From contig CAVXYT010000023.1 of NCBI GenBank assembly GCA_963765995.1, forward strand, positions 6,995 to 70,994: DNA of 64,000 nt, read 5' to 3'. Made by a program: the position numbers and the translations under genes. This stretch comes from an uncultured Acidobacteriaceae bacterium. GTDB taxonomy: Bacteria; Acidobacteriota; Terriglobia; Terriglobales; Acidobacteriaceae. Numbering within the stretch: the stretch's first letter is position 1; every line of letters begins with the position of its first letter. Below the pieces are notes generated by a model. The model made no database searches. It saw only the letters and a list, made by a program, of their open reading frames with translations, and was not told the DNA's origin. Of this stretch, positions 28,380 through 37,785 are shown piece by piece.

Positions 28380-28865
28380 ATGCAAAATGCGAAAGATTCG
28401 TTTTATATGGCACTGCGCACGCGGCTGGCGGCGATCAATCCAGAGCGGACGATTCTGCTGCGCGGAGCGGTAAGGCCAGGGATTCTGGCGGAGGAAGCCG
28501 AGGCTCCCTTCAGCCAGCTTCCCAACGATGTGTTTGTTCTGCGCTGGCTGGGCCTGGGCGTCGATTTTGATCTCGGGTCCATGATGGTGGCCGAGCAGTG
28601 CGAGGTGATCTATCAGACCTGCGGAACGCAAAGCTTCAGCGGGTTGGACCGCGGCCGGTCGCTGAGCGAGTTGGACGAGGAACTTGTGGCGATGATGCAG
28701 CCTTTCTACACCGCCAAGCTTAACTTCACGGCAACGCCGCCGGCGGCGATGCTGACGAAGGTGTTCTGGGATGAGCCGGAGTTTGCGCCGATCGTGGTCC
28801 AACGGGACCAGCTGAGCCGTTCCGCAAAAGTGATGGTTTACAGCTACCAGGAGCAGGGGGAGTAA
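28380..28865 (+). CDS. Putative tail terminator/completion protein
   Basis: 161 aa, N-terminal helix SFYMALRTRLAA then alpha/beta pattern; position between neck and tube genes. Confidence 0.45.
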   Translation: MQNAKDSFYMALRTRLAAINPERTILLRGAVRPGILAEEAEAPFSQLPNDVFVLRWLGLGVDFDLGSMMVAEQCEVIYQTCGTQSFSGLDRGRSLSELDEELVAMMQPFYTAKLNFTATPPAAMLTKVFWDEPEFAPIVVQRDQLSRSAKVMVYSYQEQGE

Positions 28866-29840
28866 ATGGCGACGACTTGGTTTTCGGCTCCCGCACCGGT
28901 GGCGCGGCGGGTTCGAGGGTATTTTGCGCCGGTGAACCGGACGGTGCAGACGCCAGTGCTCTTCGACCCGGCGGAGCAGGGCAGTTTCAGCCTGAGCGCT
29001 CCGCCGGCTCCATGGATCAGCCTGGGTTGGATTCAACAGTTCACACGCAAGCAGGGAAGCAAGACCGCCGCTGTGTTGACGGGCATTCCCGCTGGAACGC
29101 TGGAGCAGGTGCGCGAGACGCTTGAGGCGCAGGTGAGCTTTGAATTTCTGAGCTGGACCAAACTGACCATGGCTCTGGCGACGGGCTCGCAACACATGAA
29201 CCTGCTGGCTCCCGCAAGCGGAGCGACTCTGGCGGCGGATGGAGCAACGGCTGCCGCGGCAGTTACGGTGCTGAGCGGATCGACGGCTACATCCATCGTG
29301 CTGGCCTCGGCCGATGCGGCTACTTTTTCTGCTGGTTCGATCATTGCGCTGGACGCGGATTACACGGGGCAGACCGGATATGTGGGCGCGCCTGTATCTG
29401 GAGCGTATGTGCGCACTGCATTAACGGATGTAAATTACATCCGGCGCGTGACCTTTAACGTCGCATTGGTGTCTGCGGTGACTTCCACCGGCTTAACACT
29501 TGCCGAGCCGTTACCGGGCGGAGCTCCTGCGGCCGGTTCCAGGTTGCAGGCAGTCACAGGATTTGTGGATCGCGAGGGCGGCTGTTTCTATCAAGAGTGG
29601 TCGGCGCTGTTTGTGATGGAGGGCAGCCAGGGGGAACGGATCTTCTTCCACTATCCACGGCTGCAGACCATGGCCAGCGCACAAGAAACCGCATTGCCGT
29701 TGGACGGCAAGCAGAAGGCCGGGCTGGCGCGGGTGTTGCTCAAAGGCCAGTTTCTGGCGCTGCCCGTGACCGATCCTCTGGATGGGGAGCGAGTGGTCTG
29801 TTACCGGAGTTTCCTGCCCGCGGCACACGCTCTGGTGTAG
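28866..29840 (+). CDS. Putative tail tube protein with inserted domain
   Basis: Beta-rich N- and C-terminal parts (WISLGWIQQF, QVSFEFL, RIFFHYPRL) around an Ala/Thr/Ser-rich insert; synteny. Confidence 0.5.
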   Translation: MATTWFSAPAPVARRVRGYFAPVNRTVQTPVLFDPAEQGSFSLSAPPAPWISLGWIQQFTRKQGSKTAAVLTGIPAGTLEQVRETLEAQVSFEFLSWTKLTMALATGSQHMNLLAPASGATLAADGATAAAAVTVLSGSTATSIVLASADAATFSAGSIIALDADYTGQTGYVGAPVSGAYVRTALTDVNYIRRVTFNVALVSAVTSTGLTLAEPLPGGAPAAGSRLQAVTGFVDREGGCFYQEWSALFVMEGSQGERIFFHYPRLQTMASAQETALPLDGKQKAGLARVLLKGQFLALPVTDPLDGERVVCYRSFLPAAHALV

Positions 29841-29890
29841 GCGAGTCGGCAAGTCAGCACAACAGCAAGTCAGCAGGGCAGAGAGTCACG

Positions 29891-32206
29891 ATGAAGATCA
29901 CGATCAACGGGCAAGACTACACGGCCGCGCTCGATGCAGTGCGGCCGTTGACGATCGAGCGAAAGCTGAACGCGCCCTCCCTGTGTCAACTGTGTCTGAG
30001 CCTGCCAACCAACGGAAGTTTGACGTCTCCCCTGCGCTATCAGTCTCTCGCCGTAGTGGGAGACGACGGAACATATTATTTTACGGGGTACATCGCGGTA
30101 AGTCCTCTGCCGGAATATGCAGGCTTTGCGATGGAGGGCCCGCGCTATCGGATTGCGATTCAGGCTTTGAGCGACGAGCTTTTGCTGGACCAAAACCTGA
30201 TGCCTCCCAGTACTGGCGCAACGGGAGAAAGCGCGGGGACGCTGATGACGGCGCTGGTAGCCCACGCGGGAGGCGCCGGGCTATCGACTCTGGGGCTTTC
30301 GCTCAGCGCGGCGGTGAGCAACTTTGCCCCCGACAAGGGCGCGCCGTGGAGCAAGAGCGCCGGACAGGTGGCAAACATGGCGCGGGCCGCGTATCGCGCG
30401 GTCAATGGAGCGCTCACAGCCTCCTCTGTGCCCGGCACGGTGCATCCACTGAATGAGACGGACGGCAGCTTGAACCTGGCAACCCTGGCCTTCACAGCCA
30501 GCGTCAAACGCGCTCTGGCGAACGATGTGACGGTGTGCGGAGAGCATGAGCCGGTTGCTTATGTTACCGAATACTTTCTGGGTGACGGAGTAACAACACA
30601 GTTTTATCTGGCGCAAGATCCGTTCTTTCCCGCCACGTCCAAGTCCATCATCATCCGCGAACTCTTCAACGAATCGCAGATCAACCAGTGCGTGTGGGGA
30701 GTTACAGGCGGGGCAGGTTACCTTACGCTGGGAGCCGGCGGGCTGGCGATAAACGGCGGCAATGGAATCGACGGGGACACGCTGCTCGCCTGGCTTGACC
30801 CTGTGGAGATGGGCGGAACTCTGCTGCTGGAGGCTGTGGGAGTAACTCTTGCACTGGGCAGCACAGGGGCATTGGCCGGCTTCTTTGTCGGCATGGACAG
30901 GCAGACTACGTGCGTCGCGGGCTTTCAGGTGACAGCGCAGCCAGGCACCGGGGCAGTCACATTGCAGCCACTCATCAATGGCAGTCCGGTGGGAACGACT
31001 TATGCGATCAATCCAGCCTATCAATACACACTGCGCGTCCGGGTGCATTGCCCAGAGAACGAACGGGCGCTGGCGATCTATCGCTCCTTTGGAGATAGCG
31101 GGGCAATTACCTCCGGCGGCGAGTTGAATGCGGCTCCGGGCATGGTGCAGATGGAGATCCAGCAGTTTGTTGACGGAGTGGGAGGGATGCCGGTAACTCT
31201 GTATGACGGAGCTATCTCCAACCTTCCCGCGGCTTGCAATGTGGTGGCGGCGAGCAGCATCAATCTGATTGGAACCATGCGTGCGCTCAACTTGACCAAT
31301 CTGGGCTCGGGCTGGGTGGTGAGCACACCGCCAAGCGGCGGTCCCTACACTCGGCGAGTTGGCACGACGGCCGAGGCGGCCGAGTGCTATCTGGAGCGCA
31401 CGGGCAAGGTGGTATTTTATACCGGGTATACGCCGGTAGCGGGCGAGCAGATTGCGGTGAGTTACCGCACTGTGGGCAGGGCAGTAGGTCGAGCCGTCAA
31501 CACCGCCAGCCAGGCGGCGTTGGCCGCGGCGGGAATGCCGACCGAGGCCGCGTGGATCGGCTCGGTGACCAATCCCCCGGCGCGCAGTTCCGCGGACTGC
31601 CGCAATGCGGCTCTGGTGATGGAGCAGGCGGCGGCCAGCGTGAGCGCGCTGTGGAGCGGCACTTACAAGGGGAACCGGTTGAGCTTTGCCGCCGATGTCT
31701 GGCCGGGCGATGCGCTGTTGCTGAACGCGCCTTCAACCAGCCTGGACGCGCAGGTGGTGGTGCGGACTGTCAAGGTGAGTTACAGCGCGAGCTATCCCGA
31801 TCTGGTGGAGTATGCCATTGTCTTCGCCAACGACTGGGCCGACGATCTGGCGATCAAGACCAGCGCGACGGTACCCGCTGATGCGTGGCTTCCGGCGCCG
31901 ATTGCGCCGACCGTGCTGGCGAATCTGAACAGCCTCACGGTGACTACGCTGAATGGAACCACGTTGACAATCAATGCCGGTGTTACTCCGCCCACAGGCG
32001 GAGGATTCGAGGTGCGGTTGCGAGACTTTGACTTCATGGCGGGCACGGACCCGGCGCTGGTGATGCGGTCGACAACTCCGGCCATGACTTTCTCTCGCAT
32101 CAGCGCCAACGACCGGTTCTATATCCGGATGTACGACGGCTCGACGCCGCCAAACTACTCGGAGTTTTCAACGGCACTATTCATCAACCTGCCGCTTGGA
32201 TCGTAA
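29891..32206 (+). CDS. Tail tip/baseplate hub-like protein with C-terminal beta domains
   Basis: MKITINGQDY...LTIERKLNAPSLCQL hub-like start, FLGDGVTTQFYL, 771 aa beta-rich; last large gene of the cluster. Confidence 0.6.
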   Translation: MKITINGQDYTAALDAVRPLTIERKLNAPSLCQLCLSLPTNGSLTSPLRYQSLAVVGDDGTYYFTGYIAVSPLPEYAGFAMEGPRYRIAIQALSDELLLDQNLMPPSTGATGESAGTLMTALVAHAGGAGLSTLGLSLSAAVSNFAPDKGAPWSKSAGQVANMARAAYRAVNGALTASSVPGTVHPLNETDGSLNLATLAFTASVKRALANDVTVCGEHEPVAYVTEYFLGDGVTTQFYLAQDPFFPATSKSIIIRELFNESQINQCVWGVTGGAGYLTLGAGGLAINGGNGIDGDTLLAWLDPVEMGGTLLLEAVGVTLALGSTGALAGFFVGMDRQTTCVAGFQVTAQPGTGAVTLQPLINGSPVGTTYAINPAYQYTLRVRVHCPENERALAIYRSFGDSGAITSGGELNAAPGMVQMEIQQFVDGVGGMPVTLYDGAISNLPAACNVVAASSINLIGTMRALNLTNLGSGWVVSTPPSGGPYTRRVGTTAEAAECYLERTGKVVFYTGYTPVAGEQIAVSYRTVGRAVGRAVNTASQAALAAAGMPTEAAWIGSVTNPPARSSADCRNAALVMEQAAASVSALWSGTYKGNRLSFAADVWPGDALLLNAPSTSLDAQVVVRTVKVSYSASYPDLVEYAIVFANDWADDLAIKTSATVPADAWLPAPIAPTVLANLNSLTVTTLNGTTLTINAGVTPPTGGGFEVRLRDFDFMAGTDPALVMRSTTPAMTFSRISANDRFYIRMYDGSTPPNYSEFSTALFINLPLGS

Positions 32207-32250
32207 ACGATATTTTTTGAACGATGGTGGATGGGGTCCGGCATATGCGG

Positions 32251-32472
32251 ATGATGAATGAATTCGAAGCGCAGGTGCTGAGCGACTTGAGCGTGCTGAA
32301 GACGCAGATGACCGGCCTGATGGGCGACGGCAACGGCGGGCGGCTGGCCGATCTGGAGAGGCGCATGGAGCGGCACGAGCAAAACTGGCAGCGCGCCAAA
32401 GGATTTCTAGCGGCGGTCAGCGTGCTGCTCGCAGTGGTGGAAGTGGCCTTCGAGGCTTGGCACCGGCACTGA
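32251..32472 (+). CDS. Small coiled-coil plus C-terminal TM protein (holin/XhlA-like)
   Basis: RLADLERRMERHE coiled coil, one hydrophobic helix GFLAAVSVLLAVVEVAF; end of cluster. Confidence 0.5.
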   Translation: MMNEFEAQVLSDLSVLKTQMTGLMGDGNGGRLADLERRMERHEQNWQRAKGFLAAVSVLLAVVEVAFEAWHRH

Positions 32473-32503
32473 GATAAGAACTCAACTTTCAAGCCGAGCA
32501 GGC

Positions 32504-34318
32504 TTACTCGTTCTTTTCCCAGCGCTTGGGCCGACGATTCTGCTGCAGGATTTTTTTGCGCAGTCGGAGCGACTTGGGCGTCACTTCGACCATCTCGTCG
32601 TCGGCGATGAATTCGATGGCCTGCTCCAGGTTGAGGTTCCTGTAAGGCACCAGCCGGATGGCCTCGTCGGCGCTGGAGGCGCGCATGTTGGTCATGTGTT
32701 TTTCGCGGACGACGTTTACGTCGAGGTCCTTGTCGCGCGAATGTTCGCCGACGATCATTCCCTCGTAGACCTCAACGCCCGCGCCCACAAACAACATCCC
32801 GCGCTCCTGCAATCCGTTCAGCGAATAGGTCGTCGTCAGTCCCTGGCGGTCGGAAACCAGAGCGCCGGTGGGCCGCTGCGGAATCTCGCCCTGGTAGGGA
32901 ATGTAGCCGTCGAAGAGCGCATTCATCACAATCGTCCCGCGGGTCTCGGTGAGCATCTCGCTGCGCAGGCCGATGAGGCCGCGGCTGGGCACGCGAAACT
33001 CCATGCGCACGCGGCCCGAGCCATGATTGTGCATCTTGGTCATCTCGCCCTTGCGCGGCCCCAGCTTCTCGATCACCGTGCCGGTGTAGGCATCGGGAAC
33101 GTCGATGGTCAGATGCTCCACCGGCTCCATGCGCGTGCCGTCCACCACCTTGGTGACTATCTCCGGCCGGCCGGCGGAAAGCTCGAAGCCCTCGCGGCGC
33201 ATCATCTCAATCAAAATCGCCAGTTGCAGCTCGCCCCGGCCCAGCACTTTGAAGCTGTCCGGCGAGCCGGTATCCTCGACGCGAATGCTGACGTTGGTCA
33301 GCAGCTCTTTTTCCAGCCTCTCGCGCAGATTGCGGCTGGTTACGTATTGGCCCTCGCGTCCGGCAAACGGCGAATTGTTCACGCTGAATTGAATGGCAAT
33401 GGTCGGTTCGTCAATCACAATCAGCGGCAGCGGCGACGGGTTTTCGACGCTGGTGATGGTTTCGCCGATGGTGATGCCCTCGACTCCGGCCACGGCCACA
33501 ATGTCGCCCATGGTGGTCTCGGTGGTCTCGATGCGCTTGAGGCCGCTGAAGGTGAACAGTTTGGTGATGCGCGTCTTCATCAGCGAGCCGTCGCGCTTGG
33601 AAATGGTCACGTCGTCGCCGAAGTGGAGCGTGCCCTGGAAGACGCGGCAGATAGCGATGCGGCCGAAGTAATCGGAATAATCGAGATTGGTGACCAGAAT
33701 CTGCAAGGTGCCGTCGGCGTCGCCGGTGGCCGGCGGAATCTCGGAGACGATGGTCTCGAAGAGCGGCTGCAGGTCCACGCCGGGAGTGGCCGGATCAAGC
33801 GTCGCCGTGCCTGCTTTGGCTACCGCGTAGAGCACCGGAAAATCGAGCTGCGATTCGTCGGCGTCGAGGTCGATGAAGAGGTCGTAGATCTCGTTCAAAA
33901 CTTCTTGCGGGCGCGCATCGGGGCGGTCGATTTTGTTGATGACCACAATGGGCTTGAGATGCGCTTCGAGCGCCTTGGCCAACACGTAGCGCGTTTGCGG
34001 CAGCGGTCCTTCGGCCGCGTCCACCAACAGCATCACGCCGTCCACCATTTTCAGAGCGCGTTCCACCTCGCCGCCAAAATCGGCGTGGCCCGGCGTGTCC
34101 ACAATGTTGATCTTGCCGCCCTCAAAGACGATGGCCGTGTTCTTGGCCAGGATGGTGATGCCCCGCTCCCGCTCCAATTCGTTGGAGTCCATCACCCGGT
34201 CGGCCACCTGCTCGTTGGCGCGGAATGTCCCCGACTGCCGCAGCATGGCGTCCACGAGAGTGGTCTTGCCGTGGTCAACATGAGCAATGATGGCGATATT
34301 ACGTATCGTCTGGGTCAC
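32504..34318 (-). CDS. typA: Translational GTPase TypA/BipA
   Basis: [73 protein letters not shown]. Confidence 0.98.
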   Translation of the reverse strand: MTQTIRNIAIIAHVDHGKTTLVDAMLRQSGTFRANEQVADRVMDSNELERERGITILAKNTAIVFEGGKINIVDTPGHADFGGEVERALKMVDGVMLLVDAAEGPLPQTRYVLAKALEAHLKPIVVINKIDRPDARPQEVLNEIYDLFIDLDADESQLDFPVLYAVAKAGTATLDPATPGVDLQPLFETIVSEIPPATGDADGTLQILVTNLDYSDYFGRIAICRVFQGTLHFGDDVTISKRDGSLMKTRITKLFTFSGLKRIETTETTMGDIVAVAGVEGITIGETITSVENPSPLPLIVIDEPTIAIQFSVNNSPFAGREGQYVTSRNLRERLEKELLTNVSIRVEDTGSPDSFKVLGRGELQLAILIEMMRREGFELSAGRPEIVTKVVDGTRMEPVEHLTIDVPDAYTGTVIEKLGPRKGEMTKMHNHGSGRVRMEFRVPSRGLIGLRSEMLTETRGTIVMNALFDGYIPYQGEIPQRPTGALVSDRQGLTTTYSLNGLQERGMLFVGAGVEVYEGMIVGEHSRDKDLDVNVVREKHMTNMRASSADEAIRLVPYRNLNLEQAIEFIADDEMVEVTPKSLRLRKKILQQNRRPKRWEKNE

Positions 34319-34377
34319 AGGGGAGCTTTTCCTTCTCTTGGTTCGGCCAAGCGGGCCATGGGTTTGGAGAGAAATAC

Positions 34378-34400
34378 AGGGATCAGGGGTCAGAGATCAG
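34378..34400. repeat. Single heptamer repeat arm upstream of typA
   Basis: GGGATCA GGGGTCA GAGATCA. Confidence 0.65.
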
Positions 34401-34587
34401 GTATCAGAAGACCCTCAAAGCACTCTCAACATAGAGACATTTGCCGCACAATGCGTCACCTTCTATTGTATCAGCAGTGGAGAAAAGCAGGCCCAGCGCG
34501 GGTGGATCCGCTTTTGCCCGCTAGAAATCATGCACCGAGCGCGCATCCATCGCAGTAAAATGGCCTTGCTTCGCTTTTGCTCTCCGC

Positions 34588-34722
34588 ATGAATCGACCGG
34601 CCAAATCTCGCCAGGCAAGGCCGCGCCCACAGCGTCTGGTTCTGGTGTGCGTCGTTGCGTTTGCCGTTTTGCTGCTGCTGTTGCGGATGCTCGTGTTTGT
34701 GCATGGGCATGGAAGGCATTGA
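34588..34722 (+). CDS. 44-aa single-pass membrane protein (below the ORF-track cutoff)
   Basis: MNRPAKSRQARPRPQRLVLVCVVAFAVLLLLLRMLVFVHGHGRH; TAAAAT upstream; ends 23 nt before the glycosylase gene. Confidence 0.55.
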   Translation: MNRPAKSRQARPRPQRLVLVCVVAFAVLLLLLRMLVFVHGHGRH

Positions 34723-34745
34723 CGACCTGGAACGGAGTTCCCCCG

Positions 34746-35267
34746 ATGAAATCTCTCAGCTTCGATGCAGTGGAATCCGCCGATGCTCGTGTGCTGATCC
34801 TGGGAACACTGCCGGGCGTGAAGTCGCTGGAGATGGGCGAATATTATGCCCACCCCAGGAATTGTTTTTGGTGGATCATGGGTAAGCTCGTCGGTGCTTC
34901 GCCTGAGATGGCATATCAGGATCGTCTTAGCCGGCTTCGTAAGAGCAGAATCGCGCTGTGGGATGTCTGCCGTTCCGCCGAGCGCGCCGGAAGCAGCGAT
35001 GCAAACATTCTGATGGAAACCATCGAGCCCAATGATTTCCGAGCGTTTCTCGCCAATCATCCGCGCATCGAATTGATCTGCTTCAACGGTCACCCGGCCG
35101 CAAACCTCTTTCGCCGCAAAGTCGCTCCATCGCTCACCGGCCTTCGCCCCATCCCACAGCAAGCCCTGGTCTCCACCAGCCCCGCCAGCGCGCGCTTCAC
35201 GCGAGAAGAAAAGTTGTCGCGCTGGCGTGAGTGCCTGGCTCCATTCATCGAGCGCAAGCGCAACTGA
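34746..35267 (+). CDS. Uracil-DNA glycosylase superfamily, Mug/deoxyinosine glycosylase type
   Basis: VLILGTLPG..SL...YYAHPRNCFW, IALWDV, GSSDANI, FNG, STSPA. Confidence 0.88.
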   Translation: MKSLSFDAVESADARVLILGTLPGVKSLEMGEYYAHPRNCFWWIMGKLVGASPEMAYQDRLSRLRKSRIALWDVCRSAERAGSSDANILMETIEPNDFRAFLANHPRIELICFNGHPAANLFRRKVAPSLTGLRPIPQQALVSTSPASARFTREEKLSRWRECLAPFIERKRN

Positions 35268-35290
35268 AATTTCTTTCAAATACCGGCTTT

Positions 35291-35566
35291 GTGTCAGGGC
35301 GCGACTTCAAAGCCTGTCCTGAGCGCAGTCGAAGGGTGCCATTCATCCGGAGGGAGCAGAGGCCTTCAGGCCTCTGAATGTTGGCCTTCAAGATCAGCGG
35401 CTTCAGCCGCGGAGATTTCGCAGGGAATAAGGCCCAGGCCTGAAGGCCCTGTTGATTTGATGCATCGGTTTTCAGGAGCCTGAAGGCTCCTGCTCCCTCC
35501 GCAGGGGCTAAAGCCCACCATCCTTTTGCAATCGCTTACAGCACGACTAAAGTCGTGCCCTGACAC
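35291..35566. repeat. Nested REP/REPIN-like composite palindromic element
   Basis: Outer inverted repeat GTGTCAGGGCGCGACTT ... AAGTCGTGCCCTGACAC; inner pair GGAGGGAGCAGAGGCCTTCAGGCCTCTGAA (35349-35378) / TTCAGGAGCCTGAAGGCTCCTGCTCCCTCC (35471-35500); also GGGGCTAAAGCCC and CCTGAGCGCAGTCGAAGG units. Confidence 0.8.
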
Positions 35567-35687
35567 AATGCACCTGCGGTGCGGTGCCATACGGTTCTTG
35601 ATTTCGCAAGTCTCATATTCAAAACCTGTGGTATTCGTCCACTTTGGAATAGTCAGACCCTATTGGACTACTTGCCTGACACCCAAT

Positions 35688-36149
35688 TCAATTAGTTTTA
35701 CCGTCATACTTCTCAAGAATATTCTGAGCCTTCTTCTTGATGTAATCTGGCACCTTGGTCTTCTCAGCAAGCGCCACGAGTATTTCCGCTTCCTCCCGCG
35801 TCAGGTCGACGTGGCGCCCAAAAAGCTCTAAGAAGCGGCTGAAGCTGTCGTCGTACCTGGATGGGCGCAGTAGGTTCGCAAGCATATGGTTTATGGCCAA
35901 CGAGAGCAGGAAAAACAGCCCACCGACAAAAAACACGAATTGGGATGTTAAAGGCCCGCTCACATGCTCGGCTTGCCAGAACCCCACGCCCACGACGAGA
36001 ATAACGCACGCGTAAAAAGCAACCCACGCAGCAGTCCATAAGTGACGCTTCTGATCGCTAACATTCGGAACAAACCTTGCGTAGAATCGTTCCGCAATAC
36101 CCAAGATTGCTAATACGCTCCCACATACGACCGGTACCCAAGAACTCAT
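35688..36149 (-). CDS. Hypothetical membrane protein (AT-richer than neighbours)
   Basis: Three hydrophobic segments, 153 aa. Confidence 0.55.
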   Translation of the reverse strand: MSSWVPVVCGSVLAILGIAERFYARFVPNVSDQKRHLWTAAWVAFYACVILVVGVGFWQAEHVSGPLTSQFVFFVGGLFFLLSLAINHMLANLLRPSRYDDSFSRFLELFGRHVDLTREEAEILVALAEKTKVPDYIKKKAQNILEKYDGKTN

Positions 36150-36164
36150 AGCATTAAACCTCTG

Positions 36165-36199
36165 CCGGGTTCCCTACGTTCGGATTTTCGAATCTGGGA
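36165..36199 (-). repeat. Intergenic palindromic repeat family B
   Basis: TCCCAGATTCGAAAATCCGAACGTAGGGAACCCGG on the minus strand, just downstream of recA. Confidence 0.65.
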
Positions 36200-36219
36200 T
36201 TCAACCGTGAACCAGAAAA

Positions 36220-37296
36220 CTACCCTTTGCGCCCCCGCACCGCTTCCTTGGCTTCAGCCGGTCCGCTAGCCGGCACTTCGGGGATTTCGCCTTTGATGCC
36301 GCCGATGTTGAGCCTCTTGCGCAGCTCGGCGTCGAGTTTGGCGAAGATGTCCTTGTTGTCGCGCAGGTAGGCGCGGGTGTTTTCGCGGCCCTGGCCGATG
36401 CGCTCGCCGGCGTATGCGTACCATGCGCCGGACTTTTCAACGATGTTATTGGCCACGGCCAGGTCCAGCACGTCGCCCTCTTTGCTGATTCCCTCGCCGT
36501 AGAGGATGTCGAACTCCGCCTCGCGGAAGGGCGCGGCCACCTTGTTTTTGACGATCTTGACCTTGGTGCGGTTGCCGGTGACAGCGTCGCCGTCCTTGAT
36601 GGCGGCGATGCGGCGAATGTCCACGCGGACAGACGAATAAAACTTCAGAGCCCGGCCGCCGGTGGTGGTCTCCGGGTTGCCGAACATGACGCCGATCTTT
36701 TCGCGAATCTGATTGATAAAGATCAGCGCCGTGCGGGATTTCGAGACCGTGCCGGTGAGCTTGCGCAATGCCTGGGACATGAGGCGGGCCTGCAGGCCCA
36801 TGTGGGACTCGCCCATCTCGCCGTCCAACTCGGCTTTAGGCACCAGCGCGGCCACCGAATCCACCACCAGCACGTCGATGGCGCCGGAGCGGACCAGGGC
36901 CTCGGTGATTTCCAGGGCCTGCTCGCCGCTGTCGGGCTGCGAAACCAGAAGGTTGTCGATATCCACGCCCAATTTGCGCGCGTAGGCGGGGTCGAGGGCG
37001 TGCTCGGCATCGACAAATGCAGCCAAACCGCCCGCCTTTTGCGCCTCGGCGATCACCTGCAAGCAGATCGTCGTCTTGCCCGAGGATTCGGGGCCGAAGA
37101 CCTCGCTGACGCGGCCACGCGGGATTCCGCCCACGCCCAGAGCAGCGTCGAAACTGATTGAGCCGGTGGAGATTACGGCAATGGGCACCAGCGCTTCCTT
37201 GGACCCGAGCCGGACAATCGACCCTTTACCAAACTGTTTTTCGATCTGTGCAAGGGCCAGTTCTACGGCCTTGGTGCGGTCATCGGCTATCGCCAT
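36220..37296 (-). CDS. recA: Recombinase RecA
   Basis: [69 protein letters not shown]. Confidence 0.99.
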   Translation of the reverse strand: MAIADDRTKAVELALAQIEKQFGKGSIVRLGSKEALVPIAVISTGSISFDAALGVGGIPRGRVSEVFGPESSGKTTICLQVIAEAQKAGGLAAFVDAEHALDPAYARKLGVDIDNLLVSQPDSGEQALEITEALVRSGAIDVLVVDSVAALVPKAELDGEMGESHMGLQARLMSQALRKLTGTVSKSRTALIFINQIREKIGVMFGNPETTTGGRALKFYSSVRVDIRRIAAIKDGDAVTGNRTKVKIVKNKVAAPFREAEFDILYGEGISKEGDVLDLAVANNIVEKSGAWYAYAGERIGQGRENTRAYLRDNKDIFAKLDAELRKRLNIGGIKGEIPEVPASGPAEAKEAVRGRKG

Positions 37297-37492
37297 TTGG
37301 GGGGCTCCTCAAGAGTGTGCTCACCTCGTCCGGCTCCTGCTTTCCTGCGAGGAAACAGCGCGGCGGCATGGATTGGATTTCGATGGGATTGTAGCAGGGC
37401 GGGACACACAATTGACAGAGAAAAATGGCGAAGAGACGGAGAAGCATTAAACCAAACAACCAAATTTAACATTCCGCATCAATTTCCATAAA

Positions 37493-37521
37493 TTGCATCA
37501 TTTTTTATTTTGATGTAGTAT
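37493..37521 (+). promoter_or_regulatory. Sigma70 promoter with overlapping palindromic operator for vapBC
   Basis: TTGCAT-N17-TAGTAT; TGCATCA-N10-TGATGTA inverted repeat; ATG 6 nt after the -10 (likely leaderless). Confidence 0.7.
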
Positions 37522-37527
37522 GAGGAT

Positions 37528-37785
37528 ATGAGAACCACGATCACACTGAACGACGAAACTCATACCTTTGTTAGCTATTACGCTCATGCGCGCGGACTCA
37601 CGCTCAGTGCGGCCATTGAGGAACTGCTTCGCAAAGCGCAGGCGCCGCCGGAATCTATACCCAAAATCGTATTTTCTCCAGACGGTTTTCCGACGTTTCC
37701 TCCTTCCGGGACAGGCAGGGTTGTCACGGACGAGATGGTGAAGAGACTCGAGGAGGAAGAGTTTGATCCTGAAAAGTTTGCTTGA
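37528..37785 (+). CDS. vapB: VapB-type ribbon-helix-helix antitoxin
   Basis: MRTTITLND...LSAAIEELLRK RHH pattern; overlaps the PIN gene start. Confidence 0.8.
   Translation: MRTTITLNDETHTFVSYYAHARGLTLSAAIEELLRKAQAPPESIPKIVFSPDGFPTFPPSGTGRVVTDEMVKRLEEEEFDPEKFA

Noticed and set aside
13823-32206. Diversity-generating retroelement acting on the spike or hub genes
   Set aside because: No reverse transcriptase and no template/variable repeat pair seen in the window
13396-32472. Intact temperate prophage
   Set aside because: No integrase, repressor, replication, tape-measure or endolysin gene, no att direct repeats or tRNA target seen; a remnant prophage stays possible and is listed as the refuting outcome
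13396-32472. Tailocin, contractile injection system or encapsulin locus
   Set aside because: No sheath or baseplate wedge genes; terminase and portal imply DNA packaging, which these systems lack
32696-34558. 620-aa plus-strand ORF
   Set aside because: Antisense shadow of typA in a high-GC genome; the same applies to most long overlapping ORFs in the track (e.g. 23518-24957, 14486-15547, 20271-21335)
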